Positions 1 through 12,276 are shown, numbered from the whole stretch's first letter. The stretch is 62,990 nucleotides of DNA, filler included, from Globobulimina sp. (GCA_003354225.1; 36 parts of 36 records of this genome joined end to end with filler, not necessarily neighbours in it); one strand, 5' to 3'. Notes: generated by a model from the sequence alone, not told the origin. Numbers and translations: made by a program.

Positions 1-1
1 A

Positions 2-1519
2 TCCAACATCGAATACATACTCTATGACGAAAAGGGACAGATAATAACGAAGCTACTGACCATTCCCAACCACGAATCCATATTTGACGACAATATATTT
101 ATAATGGCGCCTGAACACGATCTATATCTCGATATATTTACATTTATCTCCACTTCCTACGATGCTTTGGAACAATCGGAATTGCAGACCAATTTCCCAT
201 CGTATTTAAGTGAATATTTCTATCATTACTGCAAAGGAAACGGATATCCCATCAGCAGACAAAGCGGGCAATACAGCGCACCCAAAGTGACATTTAACTG
301 TTCAGATTCGCCCATTTCAGGCTCAGCGCAGGATCACGAATGCAAAATGAACAAAGAAATCAGCAAATCGCCGTGCTATATTTTACCGGAAGGCTACAAC
401 TTCCATCCATCGCATAACGACCATATCTCTGCGTCGTGGCATTGGAAGCAATCCATCAAACACTTAGCCATTAAAATAATTCAATACAACATTGACAATT
501 TTAAACCGTGGCAATGGAAGAATGTATTGTTCAGTGGCTGGATGATTCAATTTAATATCTATGCCACTGTGCGACCCAATTTATATTTTGAATATTTGTT
601 GCTTGACGAAGCGGAGCCTGCAGCCAAGGAAGAATTGATACTGTCATTGTGGCAGAAACCAGTGCTGTTTTTAGTATTTGGCGTCATTTTTATGTTGGCG
701 TTGACTGCATTGAGTGCCCCTATTTTTAAATTACTTTCATTTTTGATCAATCAGTTGTCGCCATTGCTGATTTATGTGTTGTTGCGTATTTATCAGTGGT
801 TGATCTGTCCATTTTTATTAATATATAATATTATGATCATTGTTTCTCCCATAAAGCAGATATTTATCGACGAGGACATCATTCCACAATCGTATCCATA
901 TAAAATAGCTTGGATATTAGCGTTGCAATATTGTTATTTTTCGAGCTGTTTTACTTTTGTGATGATGTGCTTTGTCATGTATTGGTGCGGCAAAATGTAT
1001 CATCCCATTCGGTTCAAAATAAAATGGTTTGATTATTTGCAATTAAAATTGTTTGCATTTAACAATGTGCCGAGGAAATATTACCAACGCATTCGATCGC
1101 CCATTCACAAGGATATTGAGAGTGGTGGCAAATATTTTATGTATCAGAATAAGAGAGAGAGTGCGGAGAATAGTCTGAATACAGTGTGGTTTACGAGAAT
1201 AATTTTAAAGTTTCAACATTTGCGAATGTATTTGTTGCATAATATTTTGCTGAAATATTTTTCTATTTTGGTGTTGGTTGTATTGAAATGGTGTTTGTGG
1301 TATTTCTTTTGCATTGTAACTGTTTTGTCGACGGTTTGGATCCTACGATTTAATGATTGGCACGAACTGAAAGTGATAGTTGGCACTGAATTGATACTGT
1401 CACTGAGCTGGATTTCGTATTGTTCTGTAAATACGTACTGTCAGTTTTTTATTTATCCACAAATTGTGAAATATGGTGAAAAATATTATGACTCCGATGC
1501 ATTTGAAAAAGGAATTTGA
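2..1519 (+). CDS. Multi-pass membrane protein of unknown function, 5'-partial
   Basis: The frame is open from base 2 through ORF 104-1519, with several hydrophobic helices in the C-terminal two thirds. Confidence 0.65.
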   Translation, partial: SNIEYILYDEKGQIITKLLTIPNHESIFDDNIFIMAPEHDLYLDIFTFISTSYDALEQSELQTNFPSYLSEYFYHYCKGNGYPISRQSGQYSAPKVTFNCSDSPISGSAQDHECKMNKEISKSPCYILPEGYNFHPSHNDHISASWHWKQSIKHLAIKIIQYNIDNFKPWQWKNVLFSGWMIQFNIYATVRPNLYFEYLLLDEAEPAAKEELILSLWQKPVLFLVFGVIFMLALTALSAPIFKLLSFLINQLSPLLIYVLLRIYQWLICPFLLIYNIMIIVSPIKQIFIDEDIIPQSYPYKIAWILALQYCYFSSCFTFVMMCFVMYWCGKMYHPIRFKIKWFDYLQLKLFAFNNVPRKYYQRIRSPIHKDIESGGKYFMYQNKRESAENSLNTVWFTRIILKFQHLRMYLLHNILLKYFSILVLVVLKWCLWYFFCIVTVLSTVWILRFNDWHELKVIVGTELILSLSWISYCSVNTYCQFFIYPQIVKYGEKYYDSDAFEKGI

Positions 1520-1654
1520 TAAAGTTCGTTTGTTCTCACTCTTTTTTTTTTTATTCAATTTAAAATCTCGTCTCATGCCATCGTATTAGTACTGGTATTC
1601 GGTGATAATTAAAGAAATTGTGCAAGGAGAAGCAACTAAGTTTTAATTAATCAT

Positions 1655-1754
1655 NNNNNNNNNNNNNNNNNNNNNNNNNNNNNNNNNNNNNNNNNNNNTT
1701 AATTAATTAANNNNNNNNNNNNNNNNNNNNNNNNNNNNNNNNNNNNNNNNNNNN
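1655..1754. other. Artificial contig spacer (first of 35): N44-TTAATTAATTAA-N44
   Basis: The same 100-nt block recurs about every 1.75 kb and the 12-mer gives stops in all six frames. Contig lengths fall from 1654 to 1651. Confidence 0.98.
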
Positions 1755-2118
1755 AATACTTTACAAGAATCAAATACAAATTGGGAGCTTCGCGTTGATG
1801 AATTAAATGAAAAAATAACTACCAATACTACTTATAATAAACTGGCTGTTATGCAACTTCTTTTACGTCATGATGCATATAATTATTAATAATTTAATTG
1901 ATTTTATATTGACCTATATTGGTCCAATTATTTCCATTATATAACCTCCACAGTCCCACTCAGTATGGGTGCGGGAGTTGGGAGCTGGAAATGGATCATT
2001 CTTTGGTCATAAATACTCGTTGGTCATAAAATTGGATAAACTAACTAGTAGAGAAAATACTAGATATCATATTCATATACAAATTATTTTCAAAATTTAA
2101 TACAAAACAATATTATTA

Positions 2119-3408
2119 TTATATAGAACTGTGAAGTGATTGGTTGATGTCATTGTGAATATCATTTTTATTTTTATTCTCCTTTTTCTTATCAAAATCA
2201 TTAATACGTATTTCCCTTTTACTATTTGGTGTTATTAACTTAGGCAAAATATGTGTAGGTGTTGCCGCATATGTTTTCGATCTCGCAATGCTCGCAACAA
2301 TAGCAATGTCGTCATAATCCAATCTTTTATATTCCTGATTATAAAACAACAATAAAACACACGCAACAATTTGGATTAAAGACACAATCCAATTCATACA
2401 CAATGGCGATAAATAAGTATTTAATAATAAAAACACCGCAAAAAATAACTTGCAATATATCGTTAAAATTGTTCCAGCAAATACCTCTCTCGCCGGATAT
2501 ATTAATTCCACCGAGGCTTCATATGACAAACCATAAGTTCCCGCATTACAAAAAATTCCAATCACACAAAACATAATTGCCAAACATTGCACCGTTTTAT
2601 TATGTTGAATGCCATTATGATTATTCAACAACAATGTAAACAAAAATAAACAGCCCGCAGATATAACCAACAATGTCAATATAATCAATTTAATTTTTTT
2701 ATGCAACCTATCATTGATTGCACCAAATAGAATGCCACCAAATATGATGCACAAAATGCATGAAATGTCAATGAAAGACACATAAACTGCTTCAAGTCCC
2801 ATATACTTGTCGTGAGCGAACAAAACATGCAAAATGCCAATCCATCCAAAAAATACACCTTGATATGCGCCACAAATAAATGTAAAGTAATGCAATTTGC
2901 GATTGTTCAAAATCAGACTGAATTCCTGTTTATAATTTATAAATTGTTGATGGTCGGAAAACGTGTGTTTCTCTAACGATAACATAGCAGATACGGAGGG
3001 TGGCATTGGTGGGATGTCAGTGTACCATATTTGATCCGATAAGACAATAATAAAAAACACCAAACTCAACACAGCTTCTAAGCGCAACACAGTCAGTAAT
3101 TTCTCACTCGATTTGTTCACGTAATAAAAGGTTAAATATGATAGAAGTGATCCGGAATAGCCAGAAATCACTGCTATCGATGTTGAAGTTGTCCTTTGTT
3201 GTTTGGGGAACCACAATGCCGATAATTGCTGCGGTGTGGCAAAGACCATTGGTGCTGCCATTGCATTCAATATTTGTCCGCAATGTGCAAGGATAATGAT
3301 AGCGTGGTTGTTGTTGATTGTGCTGGGCGGAAAGGAGCGAATTACGCAGCCTATGCACATTAACAAGTTACTGATGGTCAGCAAGGCACGAAATGTCAGT
3401 ATTTTATT
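2119..3408 (-). CDS. MFS transporter, FLVCR/SLC49 (DIRC2-like), 5'-partial
   Basis: Motifs GQILNAMAAP...LSALWFPKQQRTTST and YEASVELIYP, with about 10 TM segments. Confidence 0.85.
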   Translation of the reverse strand, partial: NKILTFRALLTISNLLMCIGCVIRSFPPSTINNNHAIIILAHCGQILNAMAAPMVFATPQQLSALWFPKQQRTTSTSIAVISGYSGSLLSYLTFYYVNKSSEKLLTVLRLEAVLSLVFFIIVLSDQIWYTDIPPMPPSVSAMLSLEKHTFSDHQQFINYKQEFSLILNNRKLHYFTFICGAYQGVFFGWIGILHVLFAHDKYMGLEAVYVSFIDISCILCIIFGGILFGAINDRLHKKIKLIILTLLVISAGCLFLFTLLLNNHNGIQHNKTVQCLAIMFCVIGIFCNAGTYGLSYEASVELIYPAREVFAGTILTIYCKLFFAVFLLLNTYLSPLCMNWIVSLIQIVACVLLLFYNQEYKRLDYDDIAIVASIARSKTYAATPTHILPKLITPNSKREIRINDFDKKKENKNKNDIHNDINQSLHSSI

Positions 3409-3508
3409 NNNNNNNNNNNNNNNNNNNNNNNNNNNNNNNNNNNNNNNNNNNNTTAATTAATTAANNNNNNNNNNNNNNNNNNNNNNNNNNNNNNNNNNNN
3501 NNNNNNNN

Positions 3509-3558
3509 ATTCCTGAATTTTGGCTTTGACTGCATTCCTGAATTTTGGCTTTGACTGC
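3509..3558. repeat. 25-bp tandem repeat x2 at contig edge (ATTCCTGAATTTTGGCTTTGACTGC)
   Basis: Two adjacent identical copies. Confidence 0.85.
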
Positions 3559-4389
3559 AAACGCACCGCATGTAAATCCACCGCAATCTGAGTCCATTTC
3601 TCGGTGATAGCCACAATATCCAATGACAGATTTCAATACAAATGGGAAATTGGACGGGGACGCTTCGGTGATATTAATGAGACCCGCGGCAGTGTTGATT
3701 TTATTGCTATGCATAACGAGGCGGATATCGTGTAAAAAGCCGACCGTGTCAGACGGGTCGACACCAACTAAAAACAATTTATTTGCATTGATAATGGTGG
3801 CGCAGCGTACGTATTTGTCACAATCGCCTTTACTGGGATCCATATAACGATCCAACTGTACATTCTCGAGGGTAATAAACAATGCATCACAGAGGGTTTT
3901 GATTTTGTTGTCATAGTCAAAGGGAAAAAAGCTCACAGGTTGTGAGAAATGGTTATCTCTCAACTTTTGCTCGAACGAATAGCTCCAGACCGCTGCATCT
4001 CTCATTAACTTGTCAGTTATAACCGAACGGCTCATATCGAGGGTAAATGCGTCGGCACATAATGGCGGTATGCAATAAGTCGCACAAACGCCGCGAAGAT
4101 CAATATCGGTGTAAAAATCACCATTGTATATACGCATAAAATTGGCCGCTCCATATAATGTATTCATGACTTTGCGATTGTAGCCATTCATGATTTGGCG
4201 CCGTAAAACGTTGTCATGCACATCGCGAATCGGTACACGACCACCAGGCTGAGATTGCAATTGCACTCTGACATCCATCCATTTGTACTTAGGCTGCATT
4301 AATTCGATGGATATCTTCTTGCCTTTGTATGCCATCACATTATCCAAAGTGTCACCAGGCATCAAAGAATAGCCTGATAATAATGCCAC
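3509..4389 (-). CDS. Hypothetical protein, 3'-partial
   Basis: Long ORF in a contig with higher GC than most others; no family recognised. Confidence 0.5.
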
Positions 4390-5090
4390 TATTCCGTCTG
4401 TCGACCTAACGAATAATTGCCGGGTTTCTTTCTATAACGCCGCAAATTCGCAAATGATGAGCGACGATCATTCTTTCTTTTGTTGTCGAATGAATTGATA
4501 ACTTTGGGCGCGGGCTGCGAATCAGCGGTGGAAACTCGTTGTTTTTTATTCAATCTGCCAGATTGAGCGCGGTTCACCGCTTTCTTAACATGAGATTGAG
4601 GGGTCTTTGATGCTTTTGTATCGTCTAAAAATGCGCTAAACTGTCGGACGGGGCGTGTTTTGATACTCTCATGCCTTTGGATTGTGACATTACTAGGCAC
4701 GACATCCACATCTTGGCCACTTAATGTTAATATCGCGCGAACGCGATTCATGTCTAATTGCACTGTGTCAGTGTTCTTGCCATCGGCAGAATTAATATCA
4801 GCATTGATAAATAGAGCAACTGCTGCTGCATCATCGTCATCGTCTTGATCTGATACATGAACCGGCGGCGCAGTGTCATCATTGTCTTGAGCCGAAACGG
4901 CAACAGTTTTAGGCGCTGTTGGGCCTGTTTTATCATTTCCAAATGGAAATGCACCATCCGCCTCTAAATCAAAACTATCATTTGCCACTAATGTGGAGGC
5001 ATTAGCGGGGCTCATACGATTCGGTGGAGTGCGAGAATGCGTATAATCTGCTTCATCAATTGTTGTCGGGATGCGGAATGGAAATGACAT
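4389..5090 (-). CDS. Hypothetical disordered protein (acidic middle, basic C-terminus)
   Basis: 233-aa ORF with ATG start; its TAG overlaps the GTG of the next ORF. Confidence 0.5.
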   Translation of the reverse strand: MSFPFRIPTTIDEADYTHSRTPPNRMSPANASTLVANDSFDLEADGAFPFGNDKTGPTAPKTVAVSAQDNDDTAPPVHVSDQDDDDDAAAVALFINADINSADGKNTDTVQLDMNRVRAILTLSGQDVDVVPSNVTIQRHESIKTRPVRQFSAFLDDTKASKTPQSHVKKAVNRAQSGRLNKKQRVSTADSQPAPKVINSFDNKRKNDRRSSFANLRRYRKKPGNYSLGRQTE

Positions 5091-5590
5091 TGGAACCGCA
5101 TTATTATCTTCGTCTTCTGTCGACGTAATAACAAACGTTCACATCTTCGTTGTGATTGAATTNNNNNNNNNNNNNNNNNNNNNNNNNNNNNNNNNNNNNN
5201 NNNNNNTTAATTAATTAANNNNNNNNNNNNNNNNNNNNNNNNNNNNNNNNNNNNNNNNNNNNAGTCGATCTGATAACTACAAAGCAGTAACTAAGAGGAT
5301 CTTTTACGTCAAAAAAAGTTTACAAAGCTAATATGTTTTTGCCGTGTTTCTATTGTAATTATGGGAAAAAACAATGCAGAAAGTGTTTTTCATACAATAA
5401 TGAATAATCAGAGATTGCAAACAAAACAGTTTATTGATGTAATTTAAAAACAAAAAAAAACAACACCGTTATCATAACAACACAAAACACAAATTAAAAT
5501 AAAAGTATATTAATTCAAACATAGACAAAATTTAAAAAAACATAAATTAATTTATATAAAATCAGAATAAATCAACTGATACTGTCCATG

Positions 5591-5995
5591 TTATCTGAGA
5601 GTAACATCATCATCAGTTTCATAAAAAATATTTGTTTGGAGGTTAAGGGCATCGGTATCAATATCAATATCGTCCTCAACCACTGGCACTTCCACCTGGT
5701 CAATACCAATATAACTTTCATCATCACTTAGATTTACAACCATATCGTGCCGGCGCCGTTTACGTTTATTTTTTAATGTGTAAATAAACACAGCGCAACA
5801 AATACATACTAAACACACTGCAAATAACAAACATCCACCAATTACAAATGCAATATCTTTACCTTCTTTTTCTGTATCTTTTGATTCTTTCTTTATTTGG
5901 TTAGTACTTGTTTTGTCATTTGACCCAACTGAATTTTCACCACTGATATTATTTAGCATGACCATCGCTACAAGCAAAAATTTAACAGCTGACAT
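5591..5995 (-). CDS. Small type I membrane protein
   Basis: Signal-peptide-like N-terminus, one Cys-rich TM segment followed by KNKRKRRR, acidic tail. Confidence 0.6.
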   Translation of the reverse strand: MSAVKFLLVAMVMLNNISGENSVGSNDKTSTNQIKKESKDTEKEGKDIAFVIGGCLLFAVCLVCICCAVFIYTLKNKRKRRRHDMVVNLSDDESYIGIDQVEVPVVEDDIDIDTDALNLQTNIFYETDDDVTLR

Positions 5996-6375
5996 GGTTA
6001 TAATTAATAGTCTGATAATGTGATGAAGTACATATTCGGAGGGATTAGTTTTTAGACGGTTTAGATCCTATGTATTGTTTTCACCATCTCCATGGTATGC
6101 ATATGCGAGGATAATCAAAAAACTAATCTCTCCAAACCAAAGTACGGGGAAAGTATGCAATTGACTTTTACAAAAAGTACACGTGTACTCATAGTTTTTT
6201 AATATGCATTTTATGGATTGGTTGCTAAAATATTTTGTATATATGTGATCGATAGAACAGTTGTTATTTAATTAATCCAATAAAACAAAAAGAAAAGAAA
6301 AGCAACAAACAAGTATTCTAATTATAATAATAGTTTTTTAATTATTTTGAATATGTAGCGATTTATTTATTAATT

Positions 6376-6651
6376 TTAGCCAGATTTGAACAACAAAACA
6401 GCCATTTGTCCAATATAAAAATAAATGAAATTTTTGGTTTCGTGAGTTACATAACTTCCAAAATTACGACCAACGATACAATGCCATGTTGGGTTATGTT
6501 TTTGGTCAAATTCTTTTTTAATATATGCGGCGACATCTCTTTCGATTGAAAATTTATCCATTGCACAGGTTGCGACATCCACTGATTCCAATTGCATTTC
6601 TTCACTCATATCGGACACTTTTATCACCGCTTTTCTTTGTTCTCCTGACAT
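6376..6651 (-). CDS. DYNLL: Dynein light chain LC8
   Basis: [51 protein letters not shown] is nearly identical to canonical LC8. Confidence 0.98.
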   Translation of the reverse strand: MSGEQRKAVIKVSDMSEEMQLESVDVATCAMDKFSIERDVAAYIKKEFDQKHNPTWHCIVGRNFGSYVTHETKNFIYFYIGQMAVLLFKSG

Positions 6652-7085
6652 TTCAATTAATTGTTTCTCTTAATTTTGTAATTCGTATAAAGATGGAAAA
6701 TTAAAGCAAACTTTTTTCTGTTTTATTTATTTTGTGTGACGTCAGATCCATCACTAATATTCCATCCTTTATTTTAACGATATTTGATTGGATTACGTGG
6801 AATTCAGTTGTTAATTATTGATTGGATTATTTTGGAATACACAAAAGAACTCGATGATACATTAATGTCCCGGGAAAATATAACCCAAATGCTTGGTACT
6901 TAATTCAGTTGAAAAANNNNNNNNNNNNNNNNNNNNNNNNNNNNNNNNNNNNNNNNNNNNTTAATTAATTAANNNNNNNNNNNNNNNNNNNNNNNNNNNN
7001 NNNNNNNNNNNNNNNNCTCAAACATATACAACAGAAACACAAACACAAACACAAAATAGTAGTTTTGTTTGGGAAAAATAAAAAA

Positions 7086-7149
7086 TGTGATGATAGGGAT
7101 TTGAACCCAAATCTTCTTTCATTAGATGCTTTTCTTAAGCTATCATCAC
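7086..7149 (-). pseudogene. tRNA-like element with truncated anticodon arm
   Basis: Minus strand shows acceptor stem GTGATGA/TCATCAC, D-stem GCTT/AAGC and T-loop GGGTTCAAATCCC, but only about 16 nt for the anticodon plus variable region. Confidence 0.55.
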
Positions 7150-7294
7150 AATAAATTGGATAATGTGGCCAACATCATCTCCCTTTCAAATATGTTTTTG
7201 TTGCGTGGGACACGCCACCGATCTCTCATTTAATTTATGTGCCATCAAACTTATGTTTTATACATCAGTTTGTTTTTATTTATTTTGAGTGTGA

Positions 7295-8505
7295 TCATCT
7301 GTGGCGGCATAGGTTTGAAATGGACTGTTTCTCGTCGCCGCCAACCAGTCCCAAACCACCGCCCACTCCCTGGCTGCGACTGTTATCCATCTCCGACGAT
7401 AACTCACTACTTTGCATAGCTCCCAACATAGAATTATTCTTATTATAACTCTCCGCATTTGCGCGTTGAAGCGACAATAAGGCGCTAAATTGATTGGATA
7501 TTTCAGACTCTTCATCTTGTTGTTGATTGTCATAATTATTGCCATACGCTGCCTGTTGCACATATGGATCACTGTATTGATGCATATTGGCACTCTGACT
7601 CAACTCATCCACCTCGGCCGCCAATAAATTCACCGCTTTGCTGTAGGAAACAATCTGTTTATTGGAGGAAAATAAGTCATTCTTCAAGCGATTAATCTCC
7701 GTCACCAACTTGTGATTATTCATTTTAATTTTGTCCGTTTCGAACTGCAATTTGTCGATCTGTTCGTCCTTGGTTCGACTCGCCGTCTTCAGCGCACGTA
7801 GCTGTTCCTGATAGATTTCGTTGGAATCCTCCTTTTGCTTCAACGACTGTTGCAATTTCTGGATCTTCTGCAAAGCCAACGAGATGTGCTTGTTTTGCGC
7901 GCTGTTTATATGCTTTTGGAGCTCGTAGCGGTACATTTTGTTGGTGGGACAACCGATTAAATGGAAGGGACAGGCGATCACATTGAAGATGCATTGATGC
8001 GCCGTATGTTCCACCAAATTCTGTAAAGTGCCCTGGAAATTGCAAAATAATGTGTTGTTGTTGAAGCGGGCGTGTTTCATTAATTTAGAGCTGGGGTTTG
8101 TATTTTTTTTTGTATTTGGTTGCGAATTTGCGAGCATTGGTGGTTAGATATTACATACCATACAAGTTTAGATCGTGGGCAATAAACATGCAATGCCTGG
8201 ATATGGCGGGTGACGAAGCGGCTCGCCTGATGCGTCACATTCAATTCATGGTCAATGGGACAGGTGGTTGTGTTGGAATTGCTGTTGGTATATTCTTTAA
8301 TGCATTGTTCGCAAAATAAATGTGCATTGGAGCAGGATAATTCGTGTGCGTTGCGGCATACGTTATGACATAAGGCGCACATGAATCGACGCGCGGAATT
8401 TTCATCTCGGAATATGCGAAGGTCCCAGCCTTTGGAGGTGGTTATTAAACTTCGTGAATCGATTAATGGTGCTTGGTCTGTGTTTTTTATGTGAGGGTTG
8501 AACAT
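7295..8505 (-). CDS. RING + TRAF-type zinc finger + coiled-coil protein (intron 8091-8158)
   Basis: CALC...C..AHLFCEQC...CPID RING and CPFHLIGC...H TRAF finger. A GTATGT...CCCAG intron joins ORFs 8080-8505 and 7295-8137. Confidence 0.85.
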
Positions 8506-8770
8506 GATCGATAATATTAAATAGTATTAAATAGAGGAGATATAGATAGGTGTGTTATACTTTGTAATTGTGCCATGGTTGGAGAAAATAAAAAAAGTTA
8601 AAGTATTGTTGTTGTTTTTTTGATTTCCGCTTGAAAATGCATTTGTGAGGTTAATGGGTCGCTTTGCTGTNNNNNNNNNNNNNNNNNNNNNNNNNNNNNN
8701 NNNNNNNNNNNNNNTTAATTAATTAANNNNNNNNNNNNNNNNNNNNNNNNNNNNNNNNNNNNNNNNNNNN

Positions 8771-10341
8771 TATAAGGATCCGGAAACAGTATATATAATA
8801 TACAATGGCAGAAGCATATATTTTTTGAATTTGTGTGTAAATATAGTTACATTCTGCAGATTCAAACTACCAGCATTTGAGTAAAATATTCTGTCTCCGA
8901 GCGCAATGGGATTAATTATCAGGTTATGCACATCCAATACACCATAATTAATCACAAAAGCTGGTATAAAATTGTCTACATCTTCATAAACCAAATTAGT
9001 GTCAGATTTATTAAGTTCTGTGATGTGAGAATTAAATGAATTGTCGCCATATATTCTAACAAATCCCTCATTATACATGAATGATACTGGATGCTTACAA
9101 GTATAATCATAACAATTAACAGACATATCATAATAAAGCATTACATTGAGATTACTGATGGTAACATTGGTATTGCTGTCAAAGCTAAAAATTCCATATG
9201 GATTTTCTTTGTGTAATTGTGAGGTTGAAACGAAAATATTATTCATATTAATTAACGAAAAAGTGTCTGATTGAATAATCGAACCATTCATCACGTTCTC
9301 GAAAATAGTGTCAGAAATGTTAATTTTGAATAAAATGTCATTGGTAATGATGGAATATTTTGTTTGAATATTAACGAACAGAGAATGTAAAATAAGCATT
9401 TCTGATGAATACCATGGTAGTTCTTGAAATATATTGGATGAAATTTGAATCAATGATTGCTGCGATGTACAGTCAATGAATGATGTGTTGTAAATAGAAA
9501 TGTTTAATAAAGGATCATATTCGCCATCCACTTGTATTAAATAAGATGTTGAGTATATATTGGTAAACCTGCAATTGCTTAAAGTAAAAAGCATCATACC
9601 ATATGAAGATGGCGAAATATATATCATCGGGATGTTGAGAGTAAAGTTGATGTTGTTAAAAATACATTGATTGCACGATATTACAAAAGGATCAAAGTGA
9701 TCTGAACTGTCACTGATATAAAATATACCAAATGGAACATGGTCTGTATTAAAATCGATATCATCAATTCGTAGATTATTAATATTCATATTTACAGGCG
9801 ATGACCAGCCGCCTTTATATGGGAATTCCAAATGAAATAAATTTGTATTATTGTATGTAATTGTTTTGTTATTCTCATAACATACTCCTTTCATGAACCA
9901 ATCATTCAAATGTGATATATATAAAGGATCAAATGTAATATTGATTGTCAAGTCACTATTCGAATAATATACATATTGTGATTTTGATGGTATCCAAGGT
10001 ACTGGTAAACAGGGATGATATATGGATGATTTATTCGTATTGAGATATTTATTTATTTCTGCTTCATTTTGTCCGTGGATAAGTATAGAAAGATTAAATA
10101 TGTTATAAGATGCGTCAATCAACGATGCATAGTAAAGTGTGCCACATGCTGTTTCGAGAGATGTGCCACATCCAGGCGCGTCATTCCCTGTTTTGGTAAC
10201 GTGAACTAATCGACTCGGCGAAGAGCTAGTGCTTATCAATGACAGTATCAAAAGTAACCGAGTCAAAGTGCCATTGTCCATGCCCATTATTAATGTTTTT
10301 GAAAGTTTTTCATCTACACAAAATCTTAATTGTTCAACCAA
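8771..10341 (-). CDS. Secreted or surface right-handed beta-helix-like protein, 3'-partial
   Basis: Signal peptide, VHVTKTGNDAPGCGT...ACGTL motif, repeated I/LxNxxFxNI units. Confidence 0.65.
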
Positions 10342-10524
10342 CTAAAAGAGTCATTTCCAATCATGTGTGACTTTGAAACCTTAAAACACCACAATCAAAG
10401 TACAAGAAGCATCGTATCCTATTNNNNNNNNNNNNNNNNNNNNNNNNNNNNNNNNNNNNNNNNNNNNTTAATTAATTAANNNNNNNNNNNNNNNNNNNNN
10501 NNNNNNNNNNNNNNNNNNNNNNNA

Positions 10525-11847
10525 ATTACCAAACGAATTCGACATTTTTTTGATACAAAAATACAATCGATTGATGCAGTATGTTTTGTCATTCGTGCAC
10601 CTCAAGCTCGCTTAAATAAAGCACAGCAATATGTATTTACAAAAGTATTAGATGTATTTGGCAAAGATATAAAAGATAATATATTCATATTATTGACGTT
10701 TGCTGACGGTTATCCACCTCCGGCATTAGCTGCAATTAAAAAAGCCAATATTCCGTATAAAAAAGCATTTAAATTAAACAATGCAGGCTTTTTTTTACAT
10801 AAAGGCAATATTAATGATGTTGATGATGGTTTGATTGATTTTGATGACACCGATACTGATTGGAATAGAGGAATGAGAGCATTTGATCGATTTTTTAGTG
10901 AATTGAATAAAGTAAAGGCAAAATCATTAACATTAACACGAAAAGTACTATCACGAAGGGAAAGATTACAAAATTATGTATGTGCTATACAACCAACCAT
11001 AAACAAAGCATATTCAATTTTGGAGGAAATGAGGATTCAAATATATGAAGTAAATCGAAATGCGACCATTATTGATAAGAGTAAAGATTATGATTATTTT
11101 GTTGATGTTTCCAAAACCAAACAAGTTGACGTTTCAGATGGTGTATTTACCACAACCTGCACGAATTGTGTTGGTCAATTTACGTGTCATAAAAATTGTG
11201 TATATGAAGATAATGCGGATAAAGCACGTTGCTGTGCTATGGACAGTGATGGCAATTGCACAGTTTGTCCAAATAACTGTCATTGGAATTGTCATAAGAA
11301 CTTGCCGTATTTAATTGAATTTTATACTGTAAAAGAAAAAAAAACCACAAAAGCATTACGACGCAGATATGTGAATGCACAAAGTGCTAAATCTGCGTCT
11401 GATCAAATTATTGCTGGATTAACCGGTGATTTAGTGAAAGAAGAAAATAAATTAAAAGATTTGATTGGAAATGTACGTCAATGTATTAATGAATTAAGAA
11501 AAATAGCATTGCAACCAAATATTAGTAAAGATGATTATATCGATCAATTAATTGAATCGGAAAAAATTAAAAGAGATAAAGGATGGCAAAGTAGAGTTAA
11601 AACATTACAGGAATTAAAGAAAAAAGATCAAATTTTAATGGATGTTGCAAGTAATAACTTTATTAAAGGGCAATTCGCAAATTATAATGATGTCAATCAA
11701 TATTTACATCAAAAGAATCATCGACAAAATATACCACGCGGACAAAATACCCAACGCGGACAAAATACACAACGCGGACAAAAATCGAAAGCTAAGAAAA
11801 AACGTGGTATAATGCGTATGCTTTTTGGTGACATAATTGGTGTGTGA
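10525..11847 (+). CDS. AIG1/septin-like G-domain protein, C-terminal part with Cys-rich region and coiled coil, 5'-partial
   Basis: Frame open from the contig start: IDAVCFVIRAPQARL...FGKDIKDNIFILLTFADG, then CxxC...TCH..C...C..CP..C.W..H. Confidence 0.75.
   Translation: MTKRIRHFFDTKIQSIDAVCFVIRAPQARLNKAQQYVFTKVLDVFGKDIKDNIFILLTFADGYPPPALAAIKKANIPYKKAFKLNNAGFFLHKGNINDVDDGLIDFDDTDTDWNRGMRAFDRFFSELNKVKAKSLTLTRKVLSRRERLQNYVCAIQPTINKAYSILEEMRIQIYEVNRNATIIDKSKDYDYFVDVSKTKQVDVSDGVFTTTCTNCVGQFTCHKNCVYEDNADKARCCAMDSDGNCTVCPNNCHWNCHKNLPYLIEFYTVKEKKTTKALRRRYVNAQSAKSASDQIIAGLTGDLVKEENKLKDLIGNVRQCINELRKIALQPNISKDDYIDQLIESEKIKRDKGWQSRVKTLQELKKKDQILMDVASNNFIKGQFANYNDVNQYLHQKNHRQNIPRGQNTQRGQNTQRGQKSKAKKKRGIMRMLFGDIIGV
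11736..11783 (+). repeat. 18-bp coding tandem repeat (RGQNTQ x about 2.7)
   Basis: ACGCGGACAAAATAC(C/A)CA repeated. Confidence 0.85.
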
Positions 11848-12276
11848 ACAATAAAATAGTTTAATTAAATATGTAATATATGTCCACATAGCCAGTAGTA
11901 TAGGATCTGAATCATCTGATTGTCCGTGAAGTCTTGCTTTAAATGTCAATACTAATTTATTATCAGCATCAAATAATTGTGCATTTGCTTCAATATCTCG
12001 CTGTGAATCATCATAAACCGGAATAAATATTTATTTATTTATTTATTAAGAAACTTCTATACAGAAAAAGTATAACAATAAATTTCCCTTTATTTAGTAA
12101 CTATTTAGTGACTATTTCAACCCGGTCCAAAAACGAAAATACAGATTTAAAAAACGTTGCTGTGATTAATTAAATTNNNNNNNNNNNNNNNNNNNNNNNN
12201 NNNNNNNNNNNNNNNNNNNNTTAATTAATTAANNNNNNNNNNNNNNNNNNNNNNNNNNNNNNNNNNNNNNNNNNNN

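Noticed and set aside
1699-1710. Regularly spaced TTAATTAATTAA palindromes as a biological repeat
   Set aside because: They are always centred in N-runs and form an artificial six-frame-stop linker. ORF tails such as XXXLIN are artefacts.
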